The notes beneath the pieces were generated by a model. The model worked only from the letters and a program-made list of their open reading frames with translations. It did not search any database and was not told the DNA's origin. Positions 18,557 through 29,589 of a stretch of 55,093 nt of DNA are shown piece after piece. The stretch is from Candidatus Bathyarchaeota archaeon (lineage in GTDB: Archaea; Thermoproteota; Bathyarchaeia; Bathyarchaeales; Bathycorpusculaceae). Position numbers and translations under genes: made by a program. The first letter of the stretch is position 1, and each line of letters starts with the position of its first letter. Location: assembly GCA_030673805.1 (NCBI GenBank), contig DAOVIH010000001.1:1-55093 (forward strand). The letters are read 5' to 3'.

Positions 18557-18961
18557 TTGGTGAAAGTAGAAGGGCATGAAGTTCCCGAAGGCCTATTTTA
18601 TTCAAAGGATTTTGAGTGGATCAAAATTGAAAAAAACAAAATTCGCATGGGAATAACTGATTATGCCCAAAAGCAGTTGCGGGAAATAGTGTATGCTGAA
18701 TTACCCAGTGTTGGGTCCCAAGTTCAACAGAACGAGCCTTACGGAACGGTGGAATCTATTAAAGCCGTTTCGGATCTAATCGCTGCGATAAGCGGAACTG
18801 TAGAAGAAGTCAACGAGGAAGTTCAATCAAATCCAGAAGTACTAAACGAAGACCCATATTTGAAAGGCTGGATAGTTGTTGTAAAGCCTTCCAATCTTGG
18901 AGAAGAATTGCCTAGTTTGATGGATTTTGACAAGGCAGTTGAATGGCATAAAACGCTATAG
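18557..18961 (+). CDS. gcvH: Glycine cleavage system H protein / lipoyl carrier
   Basis: The motifs EWIKIE, GITDYAQKQL, the VESIKAVSDL lipoyl-lysine motif and NEDPYLKGW match GcvH. Confidence 0.9.
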   Translation: MVKVEGHEVPEGLFYSKDFEWIKIEKNKIRMGITDYAQKQLREIVYAELPSVGSQVQQNEPYGTVESIKAVSDLIAAISGTVEEVNEEVQSNPEVLNEDPYLKGWIVVVKPSNLGEELPSLMDFDKAVEWHKTL

Positions 18962-18970
18962 GGATGGCTA

Positions 18971-20317
18971 ATGGCCAAACGCGTAGTTGTAGTTGGAGCC
19001 AATGCTTCGGGGGTAGAGGCGGCAGCAGCTACACGGAAAAAAGACCGAACTGCCGAAATCATTTTAGTTACCAATGAAAAACAGGCCGGATACTCGCGTT
19101 GCGGTCTTCCATTCGTAATAGGCGGTGAAATACCAAATTTCAGCGATTTAATAGTCTATCCTACTGCTTACTTCAAAATGTTAAAACTGAACCTGAAAAC
19201 TGAAACCGAAGTCACATCGATAAATACTAAAGAAAAGATTATTGTCACTATTGACAAAACAGGGACAAAAGAAGAAGTCGACTACGACAACCTAGTGATA
19301 GCAACTGGTGCCAATTCGTTTATACCGCCTATTAAAGGAAGAGAAAAACAGGGAATATACAATCTCCGCACTATTGAAGATGGAAAAAGGATTAACAACG
19401 CTATAGAGAACGGCGCGAAATCATCCGTAGTAATGGGTGCCGGCTTGATAGGACTAGAGACTGCAGTTGCCTTGCTTGAACGAGGACTAGAAGTAACGGT
19501 GGTGGAGTTGTTACCTCAAGTTTTGCCGGCGATGCTTGATCCTGACATAGCCAAAATCGTGCAAGAGTTCCTGCAGCAAAGAGGACTGAACATCCTTACT
19601 GGAAAAGGTGTTGAAGAGTTTTTAGGAACAGAAAAAGTGACAGGTATAATCGCTGGCGGCGAACATATAAGTGCGGATCTATTCATCAGCGCTTTTGGAG
19701 TGAGAGCTAATACTAAACTTGCAGTTGACGCAGGGATCATGCTTGGAGAGACAAGGGCAATAAAAACAAGCTCCAGAATGGAGACTAACGTAGCGGGCAT
19801 ATATGCCGTTGGTGATTGTGCAGAGACAAAGCATTTGATCACGAATAAACCTGTGTGCGCTCAACTTGGAACAGTAGCGGTTCGACAAGGAAAAGTGGCA
19901 GGGAAGAATATTGGGGGAGGTGACGCCTTTTTTAAGGGTGTCTTGGCATCTGCAGTGACTAAACTAAGTGATGTAGAAGTTGGAGTAACAGGTTTAACGG
20001 AAAAAGGAGCTAAAAGGGCGGGATTGGAAACTGTAACTGGGAAAATCACCTCGAAGACCAGAGCTGATTATTATCCAGGTGCTTTGCCAATAAAAGTCAA
20101 ACTAGTTGTGGAAAAAGAATCCCATCGGTTAATAGGAGCACAGATAGTTGGTGAGGAGGAAGTAACTCAACGAATAAATGCCTTGTCATTTGCCATACAA
20201 AAAAAAATGGACATACAAGAATTAGCTAATGCGGATACAGCTTATGCTCCACCCCTTTCGGAGACTTGGGAGCCAATGATTGTGGCAGCCGAGATAGCCT
20301 TAAGAAGACTAGGTTGA
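18971..20317 (+). CDS. FAD-dependent pyridine nucleotide-disulfide oxidoreductase (NADH oxidase / CoA-disulfide reductase type)
   Basis: VVVVGANASGVEAAA (FAD-binding GxGxxG-like), the single redox Cys in YSRCGLPF, a second Rossmann motif VVMGAGLIGLE, and YAVGDC are present. Confidence 0.85.
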   Translation: MAKRVVVVGANASGVEAAAATRKKDRTAEIILVTNEKQAGYSRCGLPFVIGGEIPNFSDLIVYPTAYFKMLKLNLKTETEVTSINTKEKIIVTIDKTGTKEEVDYDNLVIATGANSFIPPIKGREKQGIYNLRTIEDGKRINNAIENGAKSSVVMGAGLIGLETAVALLERGLEVTVVELLPQVLPAMLDPDIAKIVQEFLQQRGLNILTGKGVEEFLGTEKVTGIIAGGEHISADLFISAFGVRANTKLAVDAGIMLGETRAIKTSSRMETNVAGIYAVGDCAETKHLITNKPVCAQLGTVAVRQGKVAGKNIGGGDAFFKGVLASAVTKLSDVEVGVTGLTEKGAKRAGLETVTGKITSKTRADYYPGALPIKVKLVVEKESHRLIGAQIVGEEEVTQRINALSFAIQKKMDIQELANADTAYAPPLSETWEPMIVAAEIALRRLG

Positions 20318-20399
20318 ACGTGACTTTCTCAAACCTTCTTGTAGGAAAATTAATTAAGACAGAACTTAGTGTTTAATCTCAAAACATTTGGTGATCTAA

Positions 20400-21416
<1,017 letters not shown>

Positions 21417-21474
21417 AGAAAAAACCTCCAACGTCCAAAATCCCCATTTCAATTTTTTTGAGGAAGTAATAGCA

Positions 21475-22704
21475 ATGGCAAAGTATCTTTCACTGGACGA
21501 CATAAAAGTCAAAGAAAAGGTTGTTTTAGTTAGAGTTGATTTCAACTCGCCGGTAGATGTGAAAAGCAAAAAAGTTTTGGATGACGTAAGAATTCGAGCC
21601 CATGGAAAAACTACTATAAGGGAGTTAGCTGAGAGGGGCGCTAGAGTCGTAGTCTTAGCTCACCAAGGTCGCAAGGGATCTTCAGATTTCATATCTCTGA
21701 AACAACATGCGGAGATTTTGAGCGAAGTCCTGGATAAACCTGTTCAATATGTTGAAGATCTATATGGCAAAAAAGCGAAAAACGCGATTAACAAGTTGAA
21801 AAGTGGAGAGATCCTCGTTTTGGAAAACGTAAGAGGGTTCGAGAAAGAGACGATGAAAGGAACTCCAGATGATCACGCGAAAACGGAGTTTGTCCAAAAT
21901 CTTGCACCGTTAGCAGACCTGTTTGTTAATGATGCCTTTGCAACCGCACATAGAGCTCATGTATCTATAGTAGGTTTCACTCCGAAACTTCAAAGCGCGG
22001 CAGGCCGAATTATGGAAAGGGAGTTAAAATCCCTGAGTAGAATCCTTGACAACCCAGAAAAACCTTGCATATTCATACTAGGCGGGGCTAAGGCAGATGA
22101 CACCCTTGACATCTCCAGACATGTTTTGAGTAACAACATAGCCGATTACGTACTCACTGGTGGCGTTGTAGCTCAGGTCTTTCTAGTAGCAAAAGGATAC
22201 AAGCTTGGGGATAGAAACATGAACTTCTTGGAGAAAAAAGGACTTATGGAGCTAATCCCCGGAATAAAGGAGTTAGTGCAGGAATATCCAAAAAAAATTG
22301 TTCCTTCAACGGATATGGCTATTGAGATTGATGGAAAAAGAGTGGAAATTACCGCTGAAAAACTACCAACGAAATATCCAATATTCGATATTGGCCCCCA
22401 AACAATTGCTCATTATGAAAAACTGATAAAGAACGCCGAGTCAATTGTGGTCAGCGGACCCATGGGGGTCTACGAAAACGATGAATTCAACATTGGAACA
22501 AAAGAAGTTTTCAGTTCAGTTGCGAACTCCAGAGCTTTTTCTTTAGCTGGAGGGGGACACACTATAGCGGCTTTGCAGAAGTTCGGCCTCTCCGACAAGA
22601 TTTCCTACGTGAGCACCGCCGGGGGAGCCTTGATCGAGTTCTTAATGGGTAAAGAACTCCCCGGTGTAGCTGCTCTAGAAACAGCAGCTATAAGAACGGG
22701 CTAA
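21475..22704 (+). CDS. pgk: Phosphoglycerate kinase (archaeal type)
   Basis: The motifs VRVDFNSPVD, VVVLAHQGRKG, LENVRGF, NDAFATAHRAH and STAGGALIEFL match archaeal PGK. Confidence 0.95.
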   Translation: MAKYLSLDDIKVKEKVVLVRVDFNSPVDVKSKKVLDDVRIRAHGKTTIRELAERGARVVVLAHQGRKGSSDFISLKQHAEILSEVLDKPVQYVEDLYGKKAKNAINKLKSGEILVLENVRGFEKETMKGTPDDHAKTEFVQNLAPLADLFVNDAFATAHRAHVSIVGFTPKLQSAAGRIMERELKSLSRILDNPEKPCIFILGGAKADDTLDISRHVLSNNIADYVLTGGVVAQVFLVAKGYKLGDRNMNFLEKKGLMELIPGIKELVQEYPKKIVPSTDMAIEIDGKRVEITAEKLPTKYPIFDIGPQTIAHYEKLIKNAESIVVSGPMGVYENDEFNIGTKEVFSSVANSRAFSLAGGGHTIAALQKFGLSDKISYVSTAGGALIEFLMGKELPGVAALETAAIRTG

Positions 22705-22837
22705 TCAATCCCCTTCTTTCGCTTTTCAGATTGAAGCATCGTTATTAATTCGCGCATAGATAGATCGGGACAAAAACAAGTCAAGCGGCAAATTAGAAAT
22801 AGACGCGCTGTCTGATAAGATATCTAGAGGCGACAAA

Positions 22838-24385
22838 ATGACTTGTGTCGTTTTTGCATTTGAAGTACATCAACCTTTCAGGTTAAGGAAGCAGCTCTTT
22901 TGGGACAACAAGATTTTCAGGCGTTTGAAAAAGAACGAATTATTTAATTATTACTTTGACAAAGAAACAGACAGGGAGATTTTTGGAAGAGCATCGGAAA
23001 AGTGTTATTCTCCATCAAACCGAATTTTGCTTGATTTGATCGATAAACATAGAAAAGAAAGAAAGAAAGTTAAAGTGACTTTCAGCGTTTCCGGGATCTT
23101 CTTGGAACAATGTGAGAGGTTTGATAAGGATCTTCTTGAAACCTTTAAACAGCTCGCAGAGACAGGATGCACAGAATTCCTAAATCAGACTTACTACCAC
23201 TCTATTTCAAGCCTTTATTCCGAGAAGGATGAGTTTGTTGAACAGATAAGAATGCACCGAGAAATAACAAAGGATCTTCTTGGATTTGAACCTAGGGTTT
23301 TTGAGAACACAGAATTACTCTACAATAACAGCATAGCTAGAACAGTCGAAAACTTGGGTTACAAAGGAATATTCATGGAAGGCACGGAAAAAGTCCTGCA
23401 GGAAAAATCACCCAATTACCTGTACAAACCAGAAGGGTGTAGGAAAATAAAGGTTCTAATGAGAAATTATAAGCTAACTGACGATATAGGTTTCAGGTTC
23501 TCAGCAAGATGGTGGAGTGAATGGCCACTGACAGCCAAGAAATACGCGAATTGGTTAGCAGAAACCAAAGGGCAATGCATTAACATTTTTCCGGATTACG
23601 AAACATTTGGAGAACATCATTGGCCCGAGACTGGAATCCACAACTTCCTCAGACGACTCCCTGAAGAAGTTCTTAAACGGAAACAATTGAAAATGGCTAC
23701 CCCTTCAGAGGTTATCAAGAAATTCAAACCGGTGGGCAGTATTGACGTACCTGAAAAAGGCGGAACCATTTCTTGGGCGGATCAAGAAAGGGATACGAGC
23801 GGTTGGCTTGGAAACCCGATGCAATGGGCTTATTACACGAGCTTGCAAAGGCTCAGCCCCCTCATTAAAGAAAGCAATGACAAGAGTTTCCAAAGACTTT
23901 GGAGATATTTCCAAACGAGCGATCATCTTTACTACATGTTCACTGCGGGAGGAGGACCTGGAGAAGTGCATTCATACTTCAGCCCGTTCCAATCCCCCAT
24001 AGATGCCTTCATAGCTGCCCAGACTTCAATCTTTGATTTTGAGAATAGACTAAGAATTGCAACGTTAGCGGCGAATGAACCTTTCCTTTTTTATGTTGAT
24101 GGTGGAGATGAGAATTTCACTGGTGAAATGGCATGGAGCTTGAAGGGGTTTGCCAGAGCGCTTCAAGAGGTCAGCGAAAAATCACTAGAATTCCATAATA
24201 GCCGAGGGGACCTTGAAAAGTGGGTGAAACATTCACTCAGAGACGAAAAGCTTTCACGAAAGCTCAGGGAAACCAGAAGAAAAAAACTAAAAGGGGCGCC
24301 CCTCAGAAAAGAGATTGTTTCAGTGGTAGAAGAAAGATATAATGAAATAAGCAGCCAAGCCCAGAATTCAACTAAAGCATTCTAG
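22838..24385 (+). CDS. Glycoside hydrolase family 57 (alpha-amylase-like)
   Basis: FAFEVHQPFRL, FENTELLYN, DYETFGEHHW and the overall length fit GH57. Confidence 0.8.
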   Translation: MTCVVFAFEVHQPFRLRKQLFWDNKIFRRLKKNELFNYYFDKETDREIFGRASEKCYSPSNRILLDLIDKHRKERKKVKVTFSVSGIFLEQCERFDKDLLETFKQLAETGCTEFLNQTYYHSISSLYSEKDEFVEQIRMHREITKDLLGFEPRVFENTELLYNNSIARTVENLGYKGIFMEGTEKVLQEKSPNYLYKPEGCRKIKVLMRNYKLTDDIGFRFSARWWSEWPLTAKKYANWLAETKGQCINIFPDYETFGEHHWPETGIHNFLRRLPEEVLKRKQLKMATPSEVIKKFKPVGSIDVPEKGGTISWADQERDTSGWLGNPMQWAYYTSLQRLSPLIKESNDKSFQRLWRYFQTSDHLYYMFTAGGGPGEVHSYFSPFQSPIDAFIAAQTSIFDFENRLRIATLAANEPFLFYVDGGDENFTGEMAWSLKGFARALQEVSEKSLEFHNSRGDLEKWVKHSLRDEKLSRKLRETRRKKLKGAPLRKEIVSVVEERYNEISSQAQNSTKAF

Positions 24386-24454
24386 ATGGACTAGACGCGT
24401 GTGAGTTTATAAGAGGAAAACATCATTTACTATCGCAGAAAGGGTGAATAGGAA

Positions 24455-24706
24455 ATGAGAGAAGAATTGCCGTTCCCCGACAAGGTCTTACAGACGCTAC
24501 ACAATCTTTGCGCAACTGCACCTGATTTAGCTAAGAAAAGCGAGGAGATCTCACGTATTTTGCAGATCGATAAAAAAGAAATCGAAAACATCCTTGACAG
24601 GTACAAATTTGAGGGCTTCGTGGAAAGTTTTGCTGATAGCGAACAGAGGAAATGGTACTACCTGAACGGCAGAGGCATCATTAAGATCTGTTCACTTTTC
24701 ACCTAG
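24455..24706 (+). CDS. Small hypothetical winged-helix protein (83 aa)
   Basis: EEISRILQIDKKEIENILDRYKFEGFVE looks like a wHTH. The gene sits between the GH57 and glycosyltransferase genes. Confidence 0.45.
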   Translation: MREELPFPDKVLQTLHNLCATAPDLAKKSEEISRILQIDKKEIENILDRYKFEGFVESFADSEQRKWYYLNGRGIIKICSLFT

Positions 24707-24714
24707 GGGCGCAT

Positions 24715-25341
24715 ATGCGTGCGATAATCTTCTCTTGGGAATACCCACCGCGGATAGTCGGTCAGCTGGCCGAATATGTGACCAAGTTGGCAGCTCAACT
24801 GGTCAAGAACAAAGTCGAAACTTACATCGTAACATATCATGACTTTCTAACAGGTTTAAGTCAAGAACCCAACGGGGTTAAAACCTACAGAGTTACAAAC
24901 CCAGTTCGTACACACATAGGTGTTTTAACATGGGTGTTGACTCTGAATCAGGAAGTGGAGCGTGCTGCAGCAAACATCTACTATCAAGTAAATGAACAAA
25001 TTGATCTAATAGACGTTTATGACTGGCATTTTATTCCTGCAGCAGTGACTCTAAAGAATGCTCTAGACATTCCATTTATTTTTTCGGTTGAAAGCCTTGA
25101 AGAACACCGCGCGCCAAATGCAGATTCACCTTATAATAATGCCATTAAGGGCATCGAAGGGTTGGGATTTCGTGAGGCAGACAAAATCAGTGTGAAATCG
25201 AGGTGGATGCTAAAAGAGATTGTTGAGATTCATAAAGTCCCAAAGACTAAGACTATTGTTGTCTCACAAAAAACGTCTGGGTGGGTAAAGAAGGTTTTGA
25301 AGACATACAGGGCTACTGCGGGAGGCGTTGGAAATAAATGA
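24715..25341 (+). CDS. Glycosyltransferase-like protein, N-terminal Rossmann domain only (paralog of the next gene)
   Basis: The 208-aa protein aligns colinearly with the first half of the downstream GT: IIFSWEYPPRIVGQ vs MLTWEFPPRVIGG, GVKTYRV vs GVEIYRI, and IDLIDVYDWHF vs IDVIHAHDWLV. It ends before any C-terminal domain. Its stop overlaps the next ATG (ATGA). Confidence 0.7.
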   Translation: MRAIIFSWEYPPRIVGQLAEYVTKLAAQLVKNKVETYIVTYHDFLTGLSQEPNGVKTYRVTNPVRTHIGVLTWVLTLNQEVERAAANIYYQVNEQIDLIDVYDWHFIPAAVTLKNALDIPFIFSVESLEEHRAPNADSPYNNAIKGIEGLGFREADKISVKSRWMLKEIVEIHKVPKTKTIVVSQKTSGWVKKVLKTYRATAGGVGNK

Positions 25342-26546
25342 AAAGGAAACTTAGGGTGATGATGCTTACCTGGGAGTTCCCTCCAAGAGTAATTGGGGGG
25401 ATATCGCCACATATTTTCTTTCTGTCAAAAAGTCTAGCAAAAAACGACGTGGAGGTTTGCGTAGTCACCTGTGATTTTCCAGGTGCACCAGCACACGAAG
25501 TTTCTAATGGAGTGGAAATCTACCGGATAGATTCATACAAAAATCCTGCACCTGATTTCGCCACGTGGGTTTACCTAATGAATTTAAATATGCAAGGAGA
25601 AGCAGCTGCGATCATAAATAAACTGAAGGGAAAAATCGATGTGATTCATGCGCATGACTGGCTTGTCGCAACAGCAGGAATTGGCCTAAAACATGTTTTC
25701 AGAAAACCATTGGTAGTTACTATGCACTCCACAGAAGTTGGTCGAAGAGACGGGATCCATTCTGCTAATGAAAAAATGATTCATGAAACAGAAGCTTGGT
25801 TGACATATGAAGCTTGGCGCGTCATATGTTGTAGCGATTACATGATTTCCCACGTAAAATGGGCTTTTGGGATACCTGATGACAAATTGGCGATGGTTCC
25901 GAACGGTGTGAACACACAAGTTTACGAAAAACTTCAAAGAAGAAATCTTGTGGCGTTTAGAAGAAAATTTGCATTACCTCAGGAGAGAATTGTGCTTTAT
26001 GTTGGAAGGTTGGTCTACGAAAAAGGAGTCCAAATTCTGATAAACGCTGTTCCAAAGGTTCTTGAGAAAGCTGACACGAAATTTGTGATTGTGGGTAGCG
26101 GCTACATGAAGGAGCAACTCTCAAAAATTGTTAAAAATATGGGTTTGGAGCACAAAGTATTATTCACGGGTTTTGTCGACGAAGAGAGCTTGGCTAAGCT
26201 GCAAATATGTGCTGATGCCTCTGTTGTACCATCTCTATTCGAGCCATTTGGAATTGTAGCTTTGGAGGCAATGGCGGCTAAAAGCCCAGTAGTGGTATCC
26301 GATACCGGAGGATTATCTGAGATTGTTGACCATAATTTGACCGGAGTTAAGGTTTATCCGAACAACGCTGAATCCCTAGCTTGGGGAATAACCAAGATTT
26401 TGCTTGATGAAAAGTTCAGAAAGCAAATCAGAAGAAAAGCTTACAAAAAAATTAGAGAGAAGTACAACTGGGACAAAATTGCCCAACAAACAAAAACAAT
26501 GTATGAAGCAGTCCTAGGAGAGTATTCACAGAGCTTCTGGGCTTAA
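25338..26546 (+). CDS. Glycosyltransferase (GT4/GT5-type, glycogen-synthase-like)
   Basis: The protein has the full GT-B architecture. The C-terminal FEPFGIVALEAMAAKSPVVVSDTGGLSEIV carries the E-x7-E motif. Confidence 0.85.
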   Translation: MKRKLRVMMLTWEFPPRVIGGISPHIFFLSKSLAKNDVEVCVVTCDFPGAPAHEVSNGVEIYRIDSYKNPAPDFATWVYLMNLNMQGEAAAIINKLKGKIDVIHAHDWLVATAGIGLKHVFRKPLVVTMHSTEVGRRDGIHSANEKMIHETEAWLTYEAWRVICCSDYMISHVKWAFGIPDDKLAMVPNGVNTQVYEKLQRRNLVAFRRKFALPQERIVLYVGRLVYEKGVQILINAVPKVLEKADTKFVIVGSGYMKEQLSKIVKNMGLEHKVLFTGFVDEESLAKLQICADASVVPSLFEPFGIVALEAMAAKSPVVVSDTGGLSEIVDHNLTGVKVYPNNAESLAWGITKILLDEKFRKQIRRKAYKKIREKYNWDKIAQQTKTMYEAVLGEYSQSFWA

Positions 26547-26688
26547 GCAATTTTGAAGCCTAAGTTTGGCTCCTCAGTCCGAGAACATACGCATAAATTA
26601 TGGCACCTAGAATTTGGAGGTCTCGAACCTGTTAGAGTCTAGGACAAAAGAAGGCAAAATACCCCTTTTTACAGCTCTGTTTTAGTTT

Positions 26689-28053
26689 TTATTTGCCAAT
26701 AACTTTGAGGTTTTCAACTATGACCCAAGGTGCGACCAAATATCCAAGTTTCCTTTCGTTATTAGCGATCCCAGTAATACTTTTCAGTACCTCAAAGATG
26801 TTTCCGGCTAGCATCACTCCTCGGGTGGCATTGGCAATTTCACCTTTCTTGATTTGCCAAGCTGGAGTTGCAACAACCGAGAAGTCACCACTAAGGGGAT
26901 TGCTGCTGTGAGCACCCTGCAAGTGGAATACTATCAAGCCGTCGGTTACTTCATCTATTATTTGGTCAGGAGTTTGGTTTCCAGGCATCAAATGAAGATT
27001 GGTAGGCTCTATCTGTGGGGTTGAAAGATATCCAACCCTTGAAGCATTTCCGGTACTCTCTTGGCCTTCTTTTTTGGCGGTGTAGTGGTCATGTAAGAAG
27101 TTTTTCAGGACGCCTTTTTCGATGATTTTTGTTTTTTGATGGGGAATCCCTTCACCATCAAAAGGCCATGTACGGAGACCACCTAGAAGAAGGCCATCAT
27201 CGTAGATGGTAATTCTGTCGGATGCTACTTGCTCACCGATTTTCCCTTTGAAGGCAGATTGATTCCTTTGCACGTTATCTGCTTTGACAGCGGGTTTCAG
27301 GGTGAATTCTACTAGGCTCTGTAGTGCAAACTGAGTGAGTATCAGCTTCGCGTTTTTTGTCTTTATGCGTTTAGTTTTCAGGGTGGAAATTGCCCGACGG
27401 GCAGATTCTTGCCCCACCCATTCCGGTTTAATAGCATAGCTTCGTTCAGCGTTGAACTCAAAGCACACCGGGGTTACTGCATTTCCATCTTTGGCTATTG
27501 TTGCTAGGCTACATTCAATTATTGTTCCTTTCTGAAAACTTGAGACCCCGTTTGAATTAGCTAACGCGGTGGATATAACAGCAGCTCCGGCACTGCCTTC
27601 AATTGGAAAAACTCGTTTGTCAGTGTTTGCCGCAGCTTCTAACATCAGGGAAGCTATCTTTACTAGGTCTTCGGGATGCAGTTCTGAAATCTGAGGATCA
27701 AAGATCTCTTTTACAGCCGCATAGGGTTTCGGCTCTGGAAGACTAGTCCAATCTTGGTCAGGCGCAATTGCCTTTGACGCATTTAAAGCTCCTGTGATTG
27801 TTTTCTCAATAGCTTCTTTACTTTCCAGCATATTTGTGTAGGAAAAACCGATTGATTTGTTTACTGAGAGCCTTACGCCTAATCCGCTATCGATTAGCCG
27901 GTTGGTATTCGTTATTTGGCCCCTTTCAATCCCTATCTCGGTGGTTTGTCCTTCATAGATGTAGGCTTCAGCTTCGGTAGCACCTTTTTTCAAAGCAGCT
28001 TTCACGGCTTCTTCTGCAAGATTTAGCATTTCTTCTTTTTCAAGCGCTTCCAC
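26689..28053 (-). CDS. pmbA: PmbA/TldE-family protein (TldD/PmbA metalloprotease partner)
   Basis: The family pattern is present (GATEAEAYI..., GVRL..., GNA..., C-terminal SGDFS). The gene is paired with tldD and overlaps it. Confidence 0.85.
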   Translation of the reverse strand: MEALEKEEMLNLAEEAVKAALKKGATEAEAYIYEGQTTEIGIERGQITNTNRLIDSGLGVRLSVNKSIGFSYTNMLESKEAIEKTITGALNASKAIAPDQDWTSLPEPKPYAAVKEIFDPQISELHPEDLVKIASLMLEAAANTDKRVFPIEGSAGAAVISTALANSNGVSSFQKGTIIECSLATIAKDGNAVTPVCFEFNAERSYAIKPEWVGQESARRAISTLKTKRIKTKNAKLILTQFALQSLVEFTLKPAVKADNVQRNQSAFKGKIGEQVASDRITIYDDGLLLGGLRTWPFDGEGIPHQKTKIIEKGVLKNFLHDHYTAKKEGQESTGNASRVGYLSTPQIEPTNLHLMPGNQTPDQIIDEVTDGLIVFHLQGAHSSNPLSGDFSVVATPAWQIKKGEIANATRGVMLAGNIFEVLKSITGIANNERKLGYLVAPWVIVENLKVIGK

Positions 28054-29434
28054 CTACCAACACCTCCTGAACTCTGATGTGGGGACCACCATCACATACG
28101 AAGGCAACTTGCCCTTTTCCGCATCTTCCGGGCCATAACTCAAAGTCTTTTCCAACCGCGTCAACCTTGAACAAAGTCTTGAGAGCATTGCCACTTATTG
28201 AGGCATTACGAACAGGTCCGCCCAATTCACCTTTTACTATTTCATACGCTTCTTGAATGCCCACTTGGAAAGTGCCATCAAGATTTGCTTGGCCCCCCCG
28301 AAAACTCTTGAGGTAATAACCGTAATTGATATCCTCAAGAAGTTCTCCAAAAGAGTAATCCTTTGGAGCCATGAATGTGTTGCGCATCCGGATTATTGGC
28401 GCAACCCTGAAGTCTTCAGCTCTGGCGTTGCCAGTGGGTTTTACATCGAATTCTTGGGCTGTTTCACGATTGTGCAACAATCCTACTAAAGCCCCGTCTT
28501 TTACGAGAAGTGTTTTTTGGGCTGGGACCCCTTCATCATCATATTTAAAAGAGCCAAAAGCCCCTTCTGCTGTTCCGTCGTCATAGAAGGTGACATTATC
28601 CGAAGCAACCTTCTCTCCGATACTGTTTGCCAGAACTCCACCTGATAAAGCTAAATCGGCTTCAGCGAGATGCCCAAACGCTTCATGAACGAAGACCCCC
28701 ACCACGTTTGGACCCAACACTACAGGGTAGGCACCACCTTTAGGAGGCTTTGCGGCCAATTGTTCTATTGCCCTTTTAGCCACTCTATCGGCTACAATCT
28801 CTGGTGTGTTCTTGTCAAAGAGTTCGTAGCCGTTGGTAGAACCGATTTCTTCCCGGCTGAAAGTAAAAATACCGCCTTGTGAAGCGGCGACGGTTATCCT
28901 TGACCACACATACAGTTTATCTTGTTGGATGAAAGATCCATCACTATTCAGGAAATGGTCATTACCAGTTAGATCCAAATAGTCAATCGTGCAGCCCTTA
29001 ATTCTCTTGTCACAGCTCAAGACTGCCTTGTTTATGGAACCCATGGTTTTGATTTTTGCTTCCAACGAAATCTCTGAGGGATCTTTCTCGGGTTTGATTC
29101 TAATGTGGTCTTCCACAGGCTTGGTTTCGGCTAGCTTTATTGGTTTCTTCAGGCTTAGACTGGCCATCTTTGCCATTTTGCAGGTCTCTGAAACTATATT
29201 GTTGAGAGTTTCAATTCTTAGGGAACCAACTGAAGAGAAACCCCATGCACCGTTTACGAGAACCCGGAGAGCCGCTCCGCTCTCTGTTCCCTTTTTTGCG
29301 GTGTCCACCCGCCCTTCCTTTAATAAAAGCACAGATTTCGAAAGTCTTTGTGCTCTGATTTCCGCGTATTCTGCACCAAATTCATGAATAGCTTTGTCTA
29401 TTACCTTCGAAAGAACCTCTTTCAAGCACAACAT
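28040..29434 (-). CDS. tldD: TldD-family metalloprotease
   Basis: The [11 protein letters not shown] (HExxxH) motif, DDEGVPAQ and GNARAE match TldD. Confidence 0.9.
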   Translation of the reverse strand: MLCLKEVLSKVIDKAIHEFGAEYAEIRAQRLSKSVLLLKEGRVDTAKKGTESGAALRVLVNGAWGFSSVGSLRIETLNNIVSETCKMAKMASLSLKKPIKLAETKPVEDHIRIKPEKDPSEISLEAKIKTMGSINKAVLSCDKRIKGCTIDYLDLTGNDHFLNSDGSFIQQDKLYVWSRITVAASQGGIFTFSREEIGSTNGYELFDKNTPEIVADRVAKRAIEQLAAKPPKGGAYPVVLGPNVVGVFVHEAFGHLAEADLALSGGVLANSIGEKVASDNVTFYDDGTAEGAFGSFKYDDEGVPAQKTLLVKDGALVGLLHNRETAQEFDVKPTGNARAEDFRVAPIIRMRNTFMAPKDYSFGELLEDINYGYYLKSFRGGQANLDGTFQVGIQEAYEIVKGELGGPVRNASISGNALKTLFKVDAVGKDFELWPGRCGKGQVAFVCDGGPHIRVQEVLVGGSA

Positions 29435-29589
29435 ACCTTCCGGCGATCAAATATTATATACGAGTAAAACATGAGAAGATAAAATTGTTGTGCCTTCAAA
29501 AGAAGAAAAAACGGATATGTGAATTAGAAAAAAGAGAGCAAAGAGTTAGAAAAACGAGAGTTTTCTGCTTTCAATAAAGAAAGAAATTG

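Noticed and set aside
24715-25341. The half-length glycosyltransferase as a simple pseudogene fragment
   Set aside because: The frame is intact across the whole N-domain and ends cleanly at a domain boundary. It is coupled by ATGA to the next gene. I therefore report it as a candidate functional subunit, though pseudogenisation is not excluded.
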